The notes below the pieces were generated by a model, which saw only the letters and a list, made by a program, of their open reading frames with translations, was not told the DNA's origin and did no database searches. The position numbers and the translations under genes were made by a program. 38,472 nt of DNA from contig JBEPZV010000022.1 in NCBI GenBank assembly GCA_041640655.1, forward strand, positions 1-38,472. The letters are read 5' to 3'. Shown here piece by piece: positions 28,261 through 38,452 of the stretch; the stretch's first letter is position 1, and every line of letters starts with the position of its first letter. The DNA comes from a bacterium (GTDB lineage Bacteria > Acidobacteriota > Blastocatellia > HR10).

Positions 28261-30021
28261 TCATGAGCCGGGCGCGCGGCGCGCGAACCAGAGGCCCCGA
28301 GCGCGCCCGGCATTCAAGACGAAGCCCACGATGCGCCCCTCCGAATCCCGGCGGAACGCGTAATGCAAACCGGTGAGACTCAGGAAATCATCCTCGCCAA
28401 GAGACAGCAGCGGGTACACCGGAATCCCCCGCGCGCGCACGATCAAGGCATTCCCCTCGCGCGCGATCGTATAGCTGACCTCCAGCTCTTCGCTCTCATA
28501 CGTCCCCACGTACTCCAGCAGGCGCTCGGGCGAAAGCGTCACCGGCTCCACCCTCTCGTAAACCTCTTCCGGACGACCTGGGCGGAGAACCCGAAGTCGA
28601 GTGGGGGCTCCCGCACTTCCCGCCTCGAAGACCACCTCCGCCGAGAACGGAGCCCCGACGAGATGAAAGCGATTCTTCTCAACCGGCTGCAACTCCCACT
28701 GCGATCCCCACGCCTCCAGAGACAACGTGGCGTCTCGCGAAAGAAGGCGAAGGATGGCGCGCGACCTCGGATTCCGATAGATCCCCACGCGAGCCGCGCG
28801 TTCCTCCGCCGAGAGCACAGCGGGCTTCGCCGAGGGCGCGGGCTCGGGGAAGACCGAAGCCAAGTAAAGATCGGCCACCTGACGCGCGAGCCGCGTCGGA
28901 TCCACCGCACTCACATTGCAGAGGCAGATCACCGAGAAGCGCTGCTCGGGGACGCGCAGGAACTCAGCGCGATACCCCGCCCAGGAGCCTCCGTGCCGAA
29001 TCACCGTCAAGCCGCGATACGTCTCCACGATCAGGCCCGCCGCATACCGAAGCGTCTCACCACTGGTGAGCCGACCGGGTGCGAGCAGGCGACGAATCAA
29101 CTCTGGCCCACCCACCTTCGGGTGATCGAAGTTCTGATCCCAGAGCGCCAGGTCCTCCACCGTCGTCATCAGCGCGCCATCCCCCGTCTGTTCGAACTGG
29201 GACATGTTGATGCGGAACCCTCCGCCGGGGACCGGGGCATATCCGGTCGCTCGGCGCGGGACGATGCGCGCGTGATCATCCTGAAACTGCGTGCTCGTCA
29301 TCCCGAGCGGACGGAAGATGTGCTCCTCGGCGAACTCGCGGAGCGACGTGCCGCTCACGCGCTTCACGATGACCGAGAGCAGGAAGTAGCCGGAGTTGCT
29401 GTAGAGATACTCCTCGCCGGGGGGGAAGTTGAGCCCCTTCTGCCGCACGATCAGTCGAAGCGCATCCTCCTCGGTCGTGACGCCGTCGAAGCGAACGCCC
29501 GCCAGGGCCATGAGCGTGAGATAGTCGCGAAGACCGCTCGTATGGTGAAGCAGATGGCGCAAGGTGATCGGACGCCCATAGTCCGGCAGCTCCGGCACGA
29601 ACCGTCGGATGTCGTCATCGAGCGAGAGCCTCCCGTGCTGCTCCAAAAGGAGCAGGCTCGCCGCCGTGAATTGCTTCGAGGTGGAAGCGATGTCGAAGAC
29701 CGTGCGCGGCGTGATTGGGATCCCGTGCTCGAGATTGGCCATCCCATAACCTCGCGCGTAGAGGAGCCGTCCGTCCTTGATGATCCCCACCGCGCATCCG
29801 GGCGAATCCGGCCGGTCCCAGGCGGCGAACAATCGGTCCACCTGCGCCTGAAGCGCCTTTGGATCCTCCCCAACGGGCGCGGCCCTTCCCTCACCAGTCG
29901 AAGGCTCGCCCGCCTCGCCCCTCATCAACAGCCCCATCCCGATCACTCCGACGATCCACGCCTTCCGCCACCGCCTTCGGAGAATCCCGAGCGCGCTCGA
30001 CCATTCTCGCGTCCCATGCAT
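28261..30021 (-). CDS. Serine hydrolase, beta-lactamase class C / D-aminopeptidase-like, with two C-terminal beta domains
   Basis: SxxK (IASTSKQF), LLHHTSG, YSN, HGG; hydrophobic N-terminal export segment; start MHGTREW after GAGGAGAAG. Confidence 0.87.
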   Translation of the reverse strand: MHGTREWSSALGILRRRWRKAWIVGVIGMGLLMRGEAGEPSTGEGRAAPVGEDPKALQAQVDRLFAAWDRPDSPGCAVGIIKDGRLLYARGYGMANLEHGIPITPRTVFDIASTSKQFTAASLLLLEQHGRLSLDDDIRRFVPELPDYGRPITLRHLLHHTSGLRDYLTLMALAGVRFDGVTTEEDALRLIVRQKGLNFPPGEEYLYSNSGYFLLSVIVKRVSGTSLREFAEEHIFRPLGMTSTQFQDDHARIVPRRATGYAPVPGGGFRINMSQFEQTGDGALMTTVEDLALWDQNFDHPKVGGPELIRRLLAPGRLTSGETLRYAAGLIVETYRGLTVIRHGGSWAGYRAEFLRVPEQRFSVICLCNVSAVDPTRLARQVADLYLASVFPEPAPSAKPAVLSAEERAARVGIYRNPRSRAILRLLSRDATLSLEAWGSQWELQPVEKNRFHLVGAPFSAEVVFEAGSAGAPTRLRVLRPGRPEEVYERVEPVTLSPERLLEYVGTYESEELEVSYTIAREGNALIVRARGIPVYPLLSLGEDDFLSLTGLHYAFRRDSEGRIVGFVLNAGRARGLWFARRAPGS

Positions 30022-30089
30022 CTTCTCCTCCGGATCAGCAGAAGAGGTGCCGAGGACCCGCAAATCTTGCACGCATCCGAACGCAGGAC

Positions 30090-30118
30090 ATTATACGCGA
30101 CTGCGCGTCTCCAACCAA
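30090..30118 (-). promoter_or_regulatory. Candidate promoter of the serine hydrolase
   Basis: Minus strand TTGGTT (30118-30113), 17 bp, TATAAT (30095-30090). Confidence 0.55.
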
Positions 30119-30252
30119 TTCGTTGAGCGGGAAGAAGCGCGGAGACACGACATCTCGCAACGAGGCCTCATCCCAGGCCATCAGGAGAACAGGGGCGGCG
30201 ACATTGGGATCATGAGCGCGCGAAGATCACCTTGCCGATCTGCGGGCACAGA

Positions 30253-30285
30253 AGGCGGGAGCTCCTGCTGCTGGAACTCCCGCCT
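30253..30285 (-). terminator. Hairpin immediately downstream of the second TBDR
   Basis: Minus strand AGGCGGGAGTTCC-agcagca-GGAGCTCCCGCCT: 13-bp stem with one G-U pair, weak U-tract. Confidence 0.55.
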
Positions 30286-30290
30286 CGCGC

Positions 30291-33200
30291 TCAGAAGATG
30301 AACTTCAGGCCGAATTGGATCTGCCGGTTCAGCGTCGTCGTCGCGTTCACCCGACCGAAAGCCGAGGACGCACGGTTCCGCTCCGGGATCCCGAAATTCG
30401 CGTGATTCGCCGCATTGAAGAACTCCGCGCGGAACTGAAGCCGGCGTTCTTCCCCAAGGCGGAAATTCTTGAACAGCCCCAGATCGAGATTGTTGATCCC
30501 ATCGGCGATGAGGATATTGCGTCCCGCGTTCCCGTAGGCGAACACTCCCGGCGGCAGCACGTCAGAGAAGGCGTCGGTATTGAACCACCGATCGGGCGTG
30601 GGCTTCTTCACCTTCGGATCCCCCACGACGAAGGGGCGATTCTCCCCTCCTGTGTTGGAGATGTCCCGCGTCGTGATCACGGTGAACGGCCGCCCGGATT
30701 GGAGCGTGAGGATTCCGGTCACCTGCCATCCGCCCAGGAGATGATCGAGGATCGGGTGCGCCGCCGAGAGCCAGCGTCGGCCTCGCCCCACGGGGAGTTC
30801 GTAGACGAAGCTCGTGACGAAGCGATGGCGCGCATCGAACTCCGAGAGCCCGCGCTCGGCGCGCAAATTCCGGGGATTTTGAACGCCGGCTTCACCAACG
30901 CCTGAGGTCGAAGGCGGCGCCCCGAGGTCAATGGATTTCGAGAACGTCCACGAGGCCAGCAGCGAGAGGCCTTGAGCGAAGCGGCGCTCGACGCGCACGG
31001 AGAGCCCGTGATAGTTGGACGTCCCTACTGCGTCTCGCCAGAAGACGTTGCCCCACTGCGGCCAGGGCCGACGCGGCTGAATGGGACCAGGACCTGGCTC
31101 CGGCTGGTTGATGTCGAAGAGCAAGGGCAAGTGCGTTCCCTTCGACCCCAGATAGGTCACTTCGACGAGCAGATCGGTCGTCACCTCACGCTGGATCCCC
31201 AGGCTCCATTGCTGAACATAAGCCGAGGGGAAATCGGGATTAATCCCATGTGGCGTGAACCCTCCGGCCGCGACCCCTGAGGGGAAGGGCCGCTCCCACG
31301 TCGCCACGACGCGCGTCGTCGTATTGGTGAAGGTCTGGCGAATGCGGAACGGGATCCCTCGGTACATCTGCGAGAGCCCATTGCCGGCCACAATCTGATT
31401 GTAAAAAATCCCATAGCCGCCGCGGATTACCGTGCGATTATCGCCGAAGAGGCGATAGGCGAATCCGAAACGCGGCGCGAAGTTATTCGTGTCCAAGCGC
31501 CAGAGCCGACGCCCAAGCGGCGAGCGCCCCACGGTGATGAGGTTCCCATTGGCATCCACGCCGATCAGACGACCGTCGGCGACGGGGACCAGTCCGGTCT
31601 TCGGATCGAAGCTCGACATCTTGTTGACGCGCTCGAGCTCAGGGAAATTCAGCTCGTACCGCAGGCCGATGTTCAGCGTCAGCTTCGGGGAGACCTTCCA
31701 ATCATCCTGCACGTAAAAGCCCGCCTGCGTCGTATACGTGTTGGAGAACGGCTCGCCCGGGGCGCGCGAGGTCGAGCGCAACAGCCCCAGCAGGAAATCG
31801 GCGAAGGCATGCCCGGTGAATTGCCCGTTGAACAGGAAATCGCCGCGACCGAACTGCGTGAAGAAGGAGTTGAAGATGAACCGCTTCACATCGGCCCCGG
31901 CCTTCAGCGTGTGATCGCCACCGGTATAGGTCACGCTGTTGGCGATGTGATAGGTGTTCGTCCGTCGCCCCTGCGGGAGATTGGTCGGCCCTCCGATCGT
32001 GGCGAAGCCCGAGACGCGCACCTGCGGCAAGCCCGTGTTGAAGAACTCCGGACCGGCGAGCCCATCCGGGCCGCCCTGTGGGAGGCCGAGCTTCTGCACC
32101 ATGTTGCCCAACCGCATGTCCTCGTGGAACCGATTCGTGCGGATCCGGTTGTACCCGATGCGAAACTCGTTCAAGAAGCGGGGCGAGAAGACATGCGTGT
32201 CCACGATGGCGATGTGCTGCGTCCGCTCCGGCTCCGTGCATCCGAATCCCGGAATCACGCGATCCCCGCAGAGGGGATTCGACGGCTCGAAATTCTCCCG
32301 CTGCATGAATTGATAGCTCGCGAAGAAGCTGTTCGCCTCGGAGAACTTGTGATCCACGCGAACGGAGAATTGGTTCTGATCCTGAGTCCGAACGGAATTG
32401 AACGCATAGTTATTGGCCAGCCCCGGCTGATTCGGCAGCGGCCAGAACTCCAGCAAGGCGCGGCTGATCCGATGGATGCGATCCTCGGGGATCCGATTGC
32501 CGGGGAAGGGCTGCCCCGTCTGAGGATCGCGAATCGAGGTCGCGATCTCGGAGAAGTCTCCGCGCCGCATCTTCTCCGTCGGAACCGTCGCCAGTCGAGC
32601 GACGCCCTCGGTCAAGCGTAAGCCCTCATAGGTGACGAAGAAGAACGCGCGATCGCGGACAATCGGCCCTCCGGCCGAGAAGCCAAACTGATGGCGCTTC
32701 AACTCCGGCTTCGGCCCGCGCAGGAAGAAGTTGCGCGCATCCAGATTGTCGTTGCGCAGGAACTCGAAGACCGTGCCATGAAATTCGTTGGTCCCGGATT
32801 TCGTCGTGATGATGATCTGCCCGCCCGAATGCCGACCATATTCGGCGCTGTAGATCCCCGTCAGCACCTTGAACTCGCGAATCCCATCCACCGAGGGCCG
32901 GTGCGTCGGCTGCATCGTGGTCTCATCGTTGTTGTCAATGCCGTCGAGCAGGAAGTAGTTGTTGACCTCCGGATTCCCCGCGACGTTGAAGCCGCCGCGA
33001 AATCCGAGCGTCGAGCCCTGAGGGGGATTGAAGACGTTGGGCGCCAATTGGGCGAGTTGCCAGAACTCGCGCCCGTTCAGGGGGAGCTCCTTCACTTTCT
33101 GCTCGTCAATGACGTTCCCCACCATCGCGTTCTCCGATTGCACGAGCGGCGCTCCGGCCGTCACGACGACGCGCTCCTCCAGCTCGCCCACCGCCAGCGT

Positions 33201-33518
33201 GAAGTCCAGGCGCGCCTCCTGCCCCACCTGCAGGACGATCCCCTCGCGGACTTCGGTCTTGAATCCCGTCGCTTGGGCCGTGACGGAATACGAATCCGCC
33301 GGAAGCTGCGTGATCACGTAGTCGCCCGATTCGTTCGTCACCGTCGTGCGGACCCATCCCTTGTTCACATTCCGAACCGTGATCGTCGCCCCGGGGATGA
33401 CCGCTCCCGATTGGTCTCGCACGGTCCCCCGAAGCGTCGCCGTGAAGCTTTGCGCGCTCGCGGACGGGAACCATACGCCCACCAGACAGAGAGCCAAGAG
33501 CAATCCGATGCTTCTCAT
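30291..33518 (-). CDS. TonB-dependent receptor, Oar-like
   Basis: Signal peptide (ASA); GTVRDQSGAVIPGATI, TKSGTNEFHG, YVQDDWKV..LTLNIGLRYE, NFAPRFGFAY; terminal LKFIF. Confidence 0.92.
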   Translation of the reverse strand: MRSIGLLLALCLVGVWFPSASAQSFTATLRGTVRDQSGAVIPGATITVRNVNKGWVRTTVTNESGDYVITQLPADSYSVTAQATGFKTEVREGIVLQVGQEARLDFTLAVGELEERVVVTAGAPLVQSENAMVGNVIDEQKVKELPLNGREFWQLAQLAPNVFNPPQGSTLGFRGGFNVAGNPEVNNYFLLDGIDNNDETTMQPTHRPSVDGIREFKVLTGIYSAEYGRHSGGQIIITTKSGTNEFHGTVFEFLRNDNLDARNFFLRGPKPELKRHQFGFSAGGPIVRDRAFFFVTYEGLRLTEGVARLATVPTEKMRRGDFSEIATSIRDPQTGQPFPGNRIPEDRIHRISRALLEFWPLPNQPGLANNYAFNSVRTQDQNQFSVRVDHKFSEANSFFASYQFMQRENFEPSNPLCGDRVIPGFGCTEPERTQHIAIVDTHVFSPRFLNEFRIGYNRIRTNRFHEDMRLGNMVQKLGLPQGGPDGLAGPEFFNTGLPQVRVSGFATIGGPTNLPQGRRTNTYHIANSVTYTGGDHTLKAGADVKRFIFNSFFTQFGRGDFLFNGQFTGHAFADFLLGLLRSTSRAPGEPFSNTYTTQAGFYVQDDWKVSPKLTLNIGLRYELNFPELERVNKMSSFDPKTGLVPVADGRLIGVDANGNLITVGRSPLGRRLWRLDTNNFAPRFGFAYRLFGDNRTVIRGGYGIFYNQIVAGNGLSQMYRGIPFRIRQTFTNTTTRVVATWERPFPSGVAAGGFTPHGINPDFPSAYVQQWSLGIQREVTTDLLVEVTYLGSKGTHLPLLFDINQPEPGPGPIQPRRPWPQWGNVFWRDAVGTSNYHGLSVRVERRFAQGLSLLASWTFSKSIDLGAPPSTSGVGEAGVQNPRNLRAERGLSEFDARHRFVTSFVYELPVGRGRRWLSAAHPILDHLLGGWQVTGILTLQSGRPFTVITTRDISNTGGENRPFVVGDPKVKKPTPDRWFNTDAFSDVLPPGVFAYGNAGRNILIADGINNLDLGLFKNFRLGEERRLQFRAEFFNAANHANFGIPERNRASSAFGRVNATTTLNRQIQFGLKFIF

Positions 33519-33558
33519 GGCCTTCCTCACCTCCTTAGCTTGGGATACTGCAGGGCCT

Positions 33559-33588
33559 TCAATACCACGGATGATCGCCCGATGTCAA
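33559..33588 (-). promoter_or_regulatory. Candidate promoter of the second TBDR
   Basis: Minus strand TTGACA (33588-33583) followed by TGGTATTGA; weak -10 match. Confidence 0.4.
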
Positions 33589-33622
33589 GGCACCTTGGCG
33601 CAGCACCTGACGGGTGTAACTC

Positions 33623-33651
33623 TTGCCCGAGCCAGAACGTACTCGTATGAT
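33623..33651 (+). promoter_or_regulatory. Candidate promoter of the RND operon, divergent from TBDR2
   Basis: TTGCCC (33623-33628), 17 bp, TATGAT (33646-33651). Confidence 0.55.
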
Positions 33652-33682
33652 GAAGTCGCCACGGGCGAAGGGGCGTGAGGGG

Positions 33683-34969
33683 ATGACGAAGAGAGGATTG
33701 ACGTTCATAAGGAAGAGACGACCGAGCCTCCCGCGAGAGAGCCGTCGAGCGACGCGGAAATGCCTCGTGCTGCTCGGTCTCTGCGCGGGAGCGCTCCTGG
33801 CTCTGGGGGGGTGCCGAAGCCAATCTCCGGCCTCGAGTGCGCACAACCCCTCCGAAAGTGACTCGACATCACCGAAGCAGGTGCAGACGGCGCGCGCCGT
33901 CACGCGGCCTGTGGAGGACACGGTGATGGTCGTGGGCACGCTGGCTGCGTACGACCAGGCGACGCTCAAGGTGAAGGTTCCCGGGCGCCTGCAGACGATC
34001 ACGGTGGATTTCGGCAGCGTCGTGCGCCGAGGGCAATTGATCGCGCAGATTGAGCCTCGCGATTACGAACTGCGCGTGGAGCAAGCGGAGGCGGCACTGG
34101 CGCAAGCGCGCGCTCGCTTGGGGCTGTCGCCGGAGGGGACGGACGATCGCGTGGATCCCGAGCAGACGGCGCTCGTCCGTCAGGCGCGCGCCGTGCTGGA
34201 GGAAGCGCGCGCCAATTACGAACGATCGGCGCGACTGCTGGAAGAGGGCATCATCCCGCGCTCCCGCTTCGACGCCGATGAAGCGGCCTATAAGGTCGCG
34301 CTCAGCCGCTATCAGGACGCCCTCGAAGAGGTGCGCCATCGTCAAGCGCTGTTGGCCCAGCGGCGCTCGGAGCTGGCATTGGCGCGACAGCAATTGGCCG
34401 ACACGGCCCTCCATGCGCCCTTTGATGGCGTCGTACAGGAGCGACACACGAGCATCGGCGAATTCCTCGCCGCCGGCGCCTCGGTGGTGACGATCGTGCG
34501 CATGGATCCGTTGCGGCTGCGCGCCGAAGTCCCAGAGCGCGAGGCTCACCGCGTGCGCCCGGGGCAGCACGTGCGCGTGTGGGTCGAGGGCGATCCCACG
34601 ATCTACACTGGCCGGATCGTGCGCCTCAGCCCGACCATCGCCTTGCAAAACCGCATGCTCGTCGTCGAAGCCGAAGTGCGCAACAACGGACAGCTTCGTC
34701 CCGGTGCCTTCGCGCGCGTGGAGATCATCACAGACGAGCATCGCTCCGCGCTGGTCATCCCTCCGGCCGCGATCGTGAGCTTCGCGGGGTTGGAGAAGGT
34801 CTTCGTCGTACAAGAAGGGAAGGCCGTGGAGAAGCGTGTGACGACTGGTCGCCGCACGGCGGAATGGGTGGAAATCCTCTCCGGACTCGAGCCTGGAGAA
34901 GAGGTCGTCCTCAATCCGGGCAATCTCCAGCCGGGACAACCCGTGCGACCCATTCGCGGGCGGTCGTGA
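33683..34969 (+). CDS. RND efflux periplasmic adaptor (membrane fusion lipoprotein)
   Basis: Lipobox-like LALGGC; KVPGRL..DFGSVVRRGQLIAQI, long alpha-hairpin, APFDGVV, LRPGAFA, GLEPGEEVV. Confidence 0.92.
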   Translation: MTKRGLTFIRKRRPSLPRESRRATRKCLVLLGLCAGALLALGGCRSQSPASSAHNPSESDSTSPKQVQTARAVTRPVEDTVMVVGTLAAYDQATLKVKVPGRLQTITVDFGSVVRRGQLIAQIEPRDYELRVEQAEAALAQARARLGLSPEGTDDRVDPEQTALVRQARAVLEEARANYERSARLLEEGIIPRSRFDADEAAYKVALSRYQDALEEVRHRQALLAQRRSELALARQQLADTALHAPFDGVVQERHTSIGEFLAAGASVVTIVRMDPLRLRAEVPEREAHRVRPGQHVRVWVEGDPTIYTGRIVRLSPTIALQNRMLVVEAEVRNNGQLRPGAFARVEIITDEHRSALVIPPAAIVSFAGLEKVFVVQEGKAVEKRVTTGRRTAEWVEILSGLEPGEEVVLNPGNLQPGQPVRPIRGRS

Positions 34970-35000
34970 GGTTTGCGCGAGAGAAGCCAGGAGAGACGGC

Positions 35001-38000
35001 ATGCAAAAACTCGCGGAGATCTGCATTCGTCGTCCCGTCTTCGCCACCAACATCATTCTGGCCCTGGTCGTCGTCGGCGCGGCGAGTTATTTCCGCCTCG
35101 GCGTGGATCGGTTTCCATCGGTGGATCTGCCCACGGTGAGCGTGCGCACGGTCCTGCCCGGAGCGTCACCGGAAGAGGTGGAGACGCAGGTCTCGCAGCG
35201 CATTGAGGAGGCCGTCAACACCATCGAGGGCATCTACGAACTGCGCTCTATTTCCGGGCCCGGCGTCTCCGTCGTCATCGTGACGTTCAATCTGGACCGC
35301 GATATTGATGCCGCGGCCCAGGACGTGCGCGATCGCGTGGCCACGGTGTTGCGCGATCTGCCGCGCGATGCCGAGCCCCCCATCATCTCCAAGTTCAACA
35401 ACGACCTCTCCCCGGTGATGACGATCGCCCTCTCAGCCGATCGGCCGCTGCGGGAGCTGACGGAGCTGGCCGAGAAGATCGTCAAGCGACAGCTGGAGCG
35501 CTCCAGCGGTGTGGGCGAAGTGCGACTGGTCGGCGGCTTGGAGCGCGCGATCAACATCTGGATTGATGCGCACCGGCTGGCCGCCTATCAGATTCCGATC
35601 ACGGCCGTGCGCGAGGCGATCGTGCGCCAGAATGCGGACGTCCCTGGCGGTAACGTGACCGCTGGACCTCATGAGCAAACGTTGCGCACCATGGGGCGCA
35701 TCACCGATCCCAAGCGCTTCGAGGATCTCGTCCTCGCGACCGTCAACGGTGCGCCCATCCGCGTGCGCGACATCGGATGGGCCGAGGACGGGACGAAGGA
35801 GCAGCGTTCGCTCGCCCGACTCAACGGCGTGCCCACGGTGACGCTCGAGATCCGCCGTCAATCCGGAGCCAACACGATCGAGGTCATCGAGGGGGTCAAG
35901 GCCCGGCTCGCTCGCGTTCAGGCGCAGCTCCCTCCGGATGTACGCCTGGAGGTGATCCGCGATCAATCGCGCTACATCTACGCGGCGCTCCATGAGATCA
36001 ACATGCACCTGTTGGTCGGGAGTCTCCTGGCCTGTTTGGTCGTCCTCCTCTTCATGCGGAGCTGGCGCTCGACGCTCATCGCCGGTGTGGCGATCCCGGC
36101 CTCGGTCATCTCGACCTTCGGGATGATGCGCGCCTTGGATTTCACGCTCAACAGCGTGACGATGCTGGCGCTCGTGCTCATGGTCGGCATCGTCATTGAC
36201 GATGCCATCGTCGTGCTGGAGAACATCTTCCGCTTCGTCGAGGAGAAGAAGATGCGCCCCTTCGAGGCGGCGCGCGCGGCGACGGCCGAGATCGGCTTGG
36301 CCGTCACGGCCACCACCCTCAGTCTGGCCGTCATCTTCGTCCCCGTCTCCTTCATGTCCTCGATCTCGGGACGATTCCTCTATCAATTCGGCATCACGGC
36401 CGCGGTGGCTGTGATGGTGAGCCTGTTGGTCTCCTTCACGCTGACGCCCATGCTGAGCGCTCGCCTGTTGCGCGCCGAAGATGCCGCAGGAGGCTCCGGC
36501 GTGGCGCGATCGCGAACGGGATTCTACGCGTGGATGGAACGCGCATACCTGACGATCCTCGCCCTGGCCATGCGCCATCGCCTGCTCGTGGCGGCGGCGG
36601 CCGTGCTCGTGATGCTCGCCTGCATCCCCCTCTATCAGATCCTCCGACAGGAATACATCCCCAGCGATGTGGATGAGGCGGAGTTCGAGATCACCGTGAC
36701 GGCGCCCGAAGGCACGAGCCTCGCGGGAATGGATGAGGTCATGCGGATGATCGAGGCCGAGGTGCGCGCGACGCCGGGCGTCCGCCTCATCCTGGCGTCG
36801 GCTGGCGGAGGATTCCTCGGCAATGTCAACCAAGGGAACATCTACGTCCGTCTCGTCCCGCATGAGGAGCGTCGCTTCTCCCTCGCCCGTCTCTGGCGCG
36901 AGACGCTCAGAGGTCGTCCGCCAGACGCCTTCCGCGGGAATTACACGCAGCGCGACGTCATGCAGGAGGTGCGCCGTCGGTTGCGCAAGTATCGCGATCT
37001 GCGCATCTCGGTGCGCAACATCCCCTCATTCAACATCGGTGGGGGCAACTTCGATATTGACTTCGTCATTCGCGGCCCGGATCTGGAGCAGCTCGCGGCG
37101 TACGCCGAACAGTTGCGTCGGCGCGCCGATGAGCTGGGCATCATGGATGCGGATACGACGCTGAAGCTCGATAAGCCCGAGCTGCGCGTGAACATTGATC
37201 GAGACCGCGCGGCGGCGCTCGGCGTCTCCACCGAAGACATCGCGACGGCCTTGCGCCTGATGGTGGGCGGGGACGAGAAGGTCTCCCGCTTCCTCGATCC
37301 AGCGCTCAACGAAGATTATGATGTCCAGCTCCGACTGACCGATGGCGATCGCAACGATCCGGAGACGATCTCGCGCCTGTACGTGCCGAGCCGCACGGGG
37401 GGATTGATCCGACTCGATAATCTCGTGCGCTTGGTACCAGCGCGCATCGCCTCGCGAATTGACCGGCTGGATCGGCAGCGGCAGGTCAGCCTGCGCGCGC
37501 AGGTCGCTCCCGGATACGGCCTGGCCGATCGTCTGCAAGCCCTGCGCGCGGCAGCCGCGCAGTTGAACATGCCTCCCGGTTATACGGTCAGCATCGCCGG
37601 GCGTGGTCGAGAGCTGGAGCGCACGTTTCGGGAATTCATCTGGGCCTTCCTGTTGTCGGTCATCTTCATGTACATGATCCTGGCCTCGCAATTCGAGAGT
37701 TGGGTGCATCCGTTCACGATCTTGCTCTCGCTGCCGCTGTCGGCTCCCTTCGCCCTGCTCTCGCTCTGGGCGACGGGCAACACGCTCAATCTCTACTCGG
37801 CTCTGGGATTCCTCGTCCTCTTCGGCGTGGTCAAGAAGAACGCCATCCTCCAGATCGACCACACGAATCAATTGCGCGCGCAAGGGATGGATCGGCTCTC
37901 GGCCATCTTGCAGGCGAATCGTGATCGGTTGCGCCCCATCCTGATGACGACGCTCACGCTCGTGGCCGGGATGATCCCGATGGCGATCGGGACGGGACCG

Positions 38001-38300
38001 GGAGCGGAGGAGCGGCGCGCCGTGGCCGTCGTCGTCATCGGCGGGCAATCGCTCTGCTTACTGCTGACGCTCATTGTCACACCGGTAGCGTATTCGCTCC
38101 TGGATGATCTGGGGGCGACCGCCTGGTGGCGCGCTCTCGCCGAACGCGTGCGCGCGGCGACCGAACCGATGAGGCGCTCACTCCGTGTCATCGTCGGCGG
38201 GCGGCCAGCGAGCGAACGGCCTCGCCTCGTCGGAGATTCCTCGCTCGCGCGCGATCGCCGAGGGCGCGAGGTCGAAATCGGCGCCAAAAGCGGCGATTGA
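35001..38300 (+). CDS. RND efflux transporter, AcrB/MdtB-like HAE1 family
   Basis: IRRPVFA, PGASPEEVE, proton-relay motifs GIVIDDAIVVLEN, VKKNAIL, RLRPILMT. Confidence 0.95.
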   Translation: MQKLAEICIRRPVFATNIILALVVVGAASYFRLGVDRFPSVDLPTVSVRTVLPGASPEEVETQVSQRIEEAVNTIEGIYELRSISGPGVSVVIVTFNLDRDIDAAAQDVRDRVATVLRDLPRDAEPPIISKFNNDLSPVMTIALSADRPLRELTELAEKIVKRQLERSSGVGEVRLVGGLERAINIWIDAHRLAAYQIPITAVREAIVRQNADVPGGNVTAGPHEQTLRTMGRITDPKRFEDLVLATVNGAPIRVRDIGWAEDGTKEQRSLARLNGVPTVTLEIRRQSGANTIEVIEGVKARLARVQAQLPPDVRLEVIRDQSRYIYAALHEINMHLLVGSLLACLVVLLFMRSWRSTLIAGVAIPASVISTFGMMRALDFTLNSVTMLALVLMVGIVIDDAIVVLENIFRFVEEKKMRPFEAARAATAEIGLAVTATTLSLAVIFVPVSFMSSISGRFLYQFGITAAVAVMVSLLVSFTLTPMLSARLLRAEDAAGGSGVARSRTGFYAWMERAYLTILALAMRHRLLVAAAAVLVMLACIPLYQILRQEYIPSDVDEAEFEITVTAPEGTSLAGMDEVMRMIEAEVRATPGVRLILASAGGGFLGNVNQGNIYVRLVPHEERRFSLARLWRETLRGRPPDAFRGNYTQRDVMQEVRRRLRKYRDLRISVRNIPSFNIGGGNFDIDFVIRGPDLEQLAAYAEQLRRRADELGIMDADTTLKLDKPELRVNIDRDRAAALGVSTEDIATALRLMVGGDEKVSRFLDPALNEDYDVQLRLTDGDRNDPETISRLYVPSRTGGLIRLDNLVRLVPARIASRIDRLDRQRQVSLRAQVAPGYGLADRLQALRAAAAQLNMPPGYTVSIAGRGRELERTFREFIWAFLLSVIFMYMILASQFESWVHPFTILLSLPLSAPFALLSLWATGNTLNLYSALGFLVLFGVVKKNAILQIDHTNQLRAQGMDRLSAILQANRDRLRPILMTTLTLVAGMIPMAIGTGPGAEERRAVAVVVIGGQSLCLLLTLIVTPVAYSLLDDLGATAWWRALAERVRAATEPMRRSLRVIVGGRPASERPRLVGDSSLARDRRGREVEIGAKSGD

Positions 38301-38452
38301 ACGTGATGGGCGAAAACTTGGATTCCCACCCCACGCCCAGGATGTCCGTCGAGCCTGCCCCCCATACCCTGCGAAGGGGGATGGGCATAGCTCTCAGACT
38401 CCCGCCACCCACTTGAGATGGCGGAGAACCCACTCAGGAGGGATGAACGACT

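Noticed and set aside
28261..30021. Calling the serine hydrolase an antibiotic-resistance beta-lactamase
   Set aside because: HGG instead of KTG and the extra C-terminal domains favour a peptidase or esterase. There is no mobile context.
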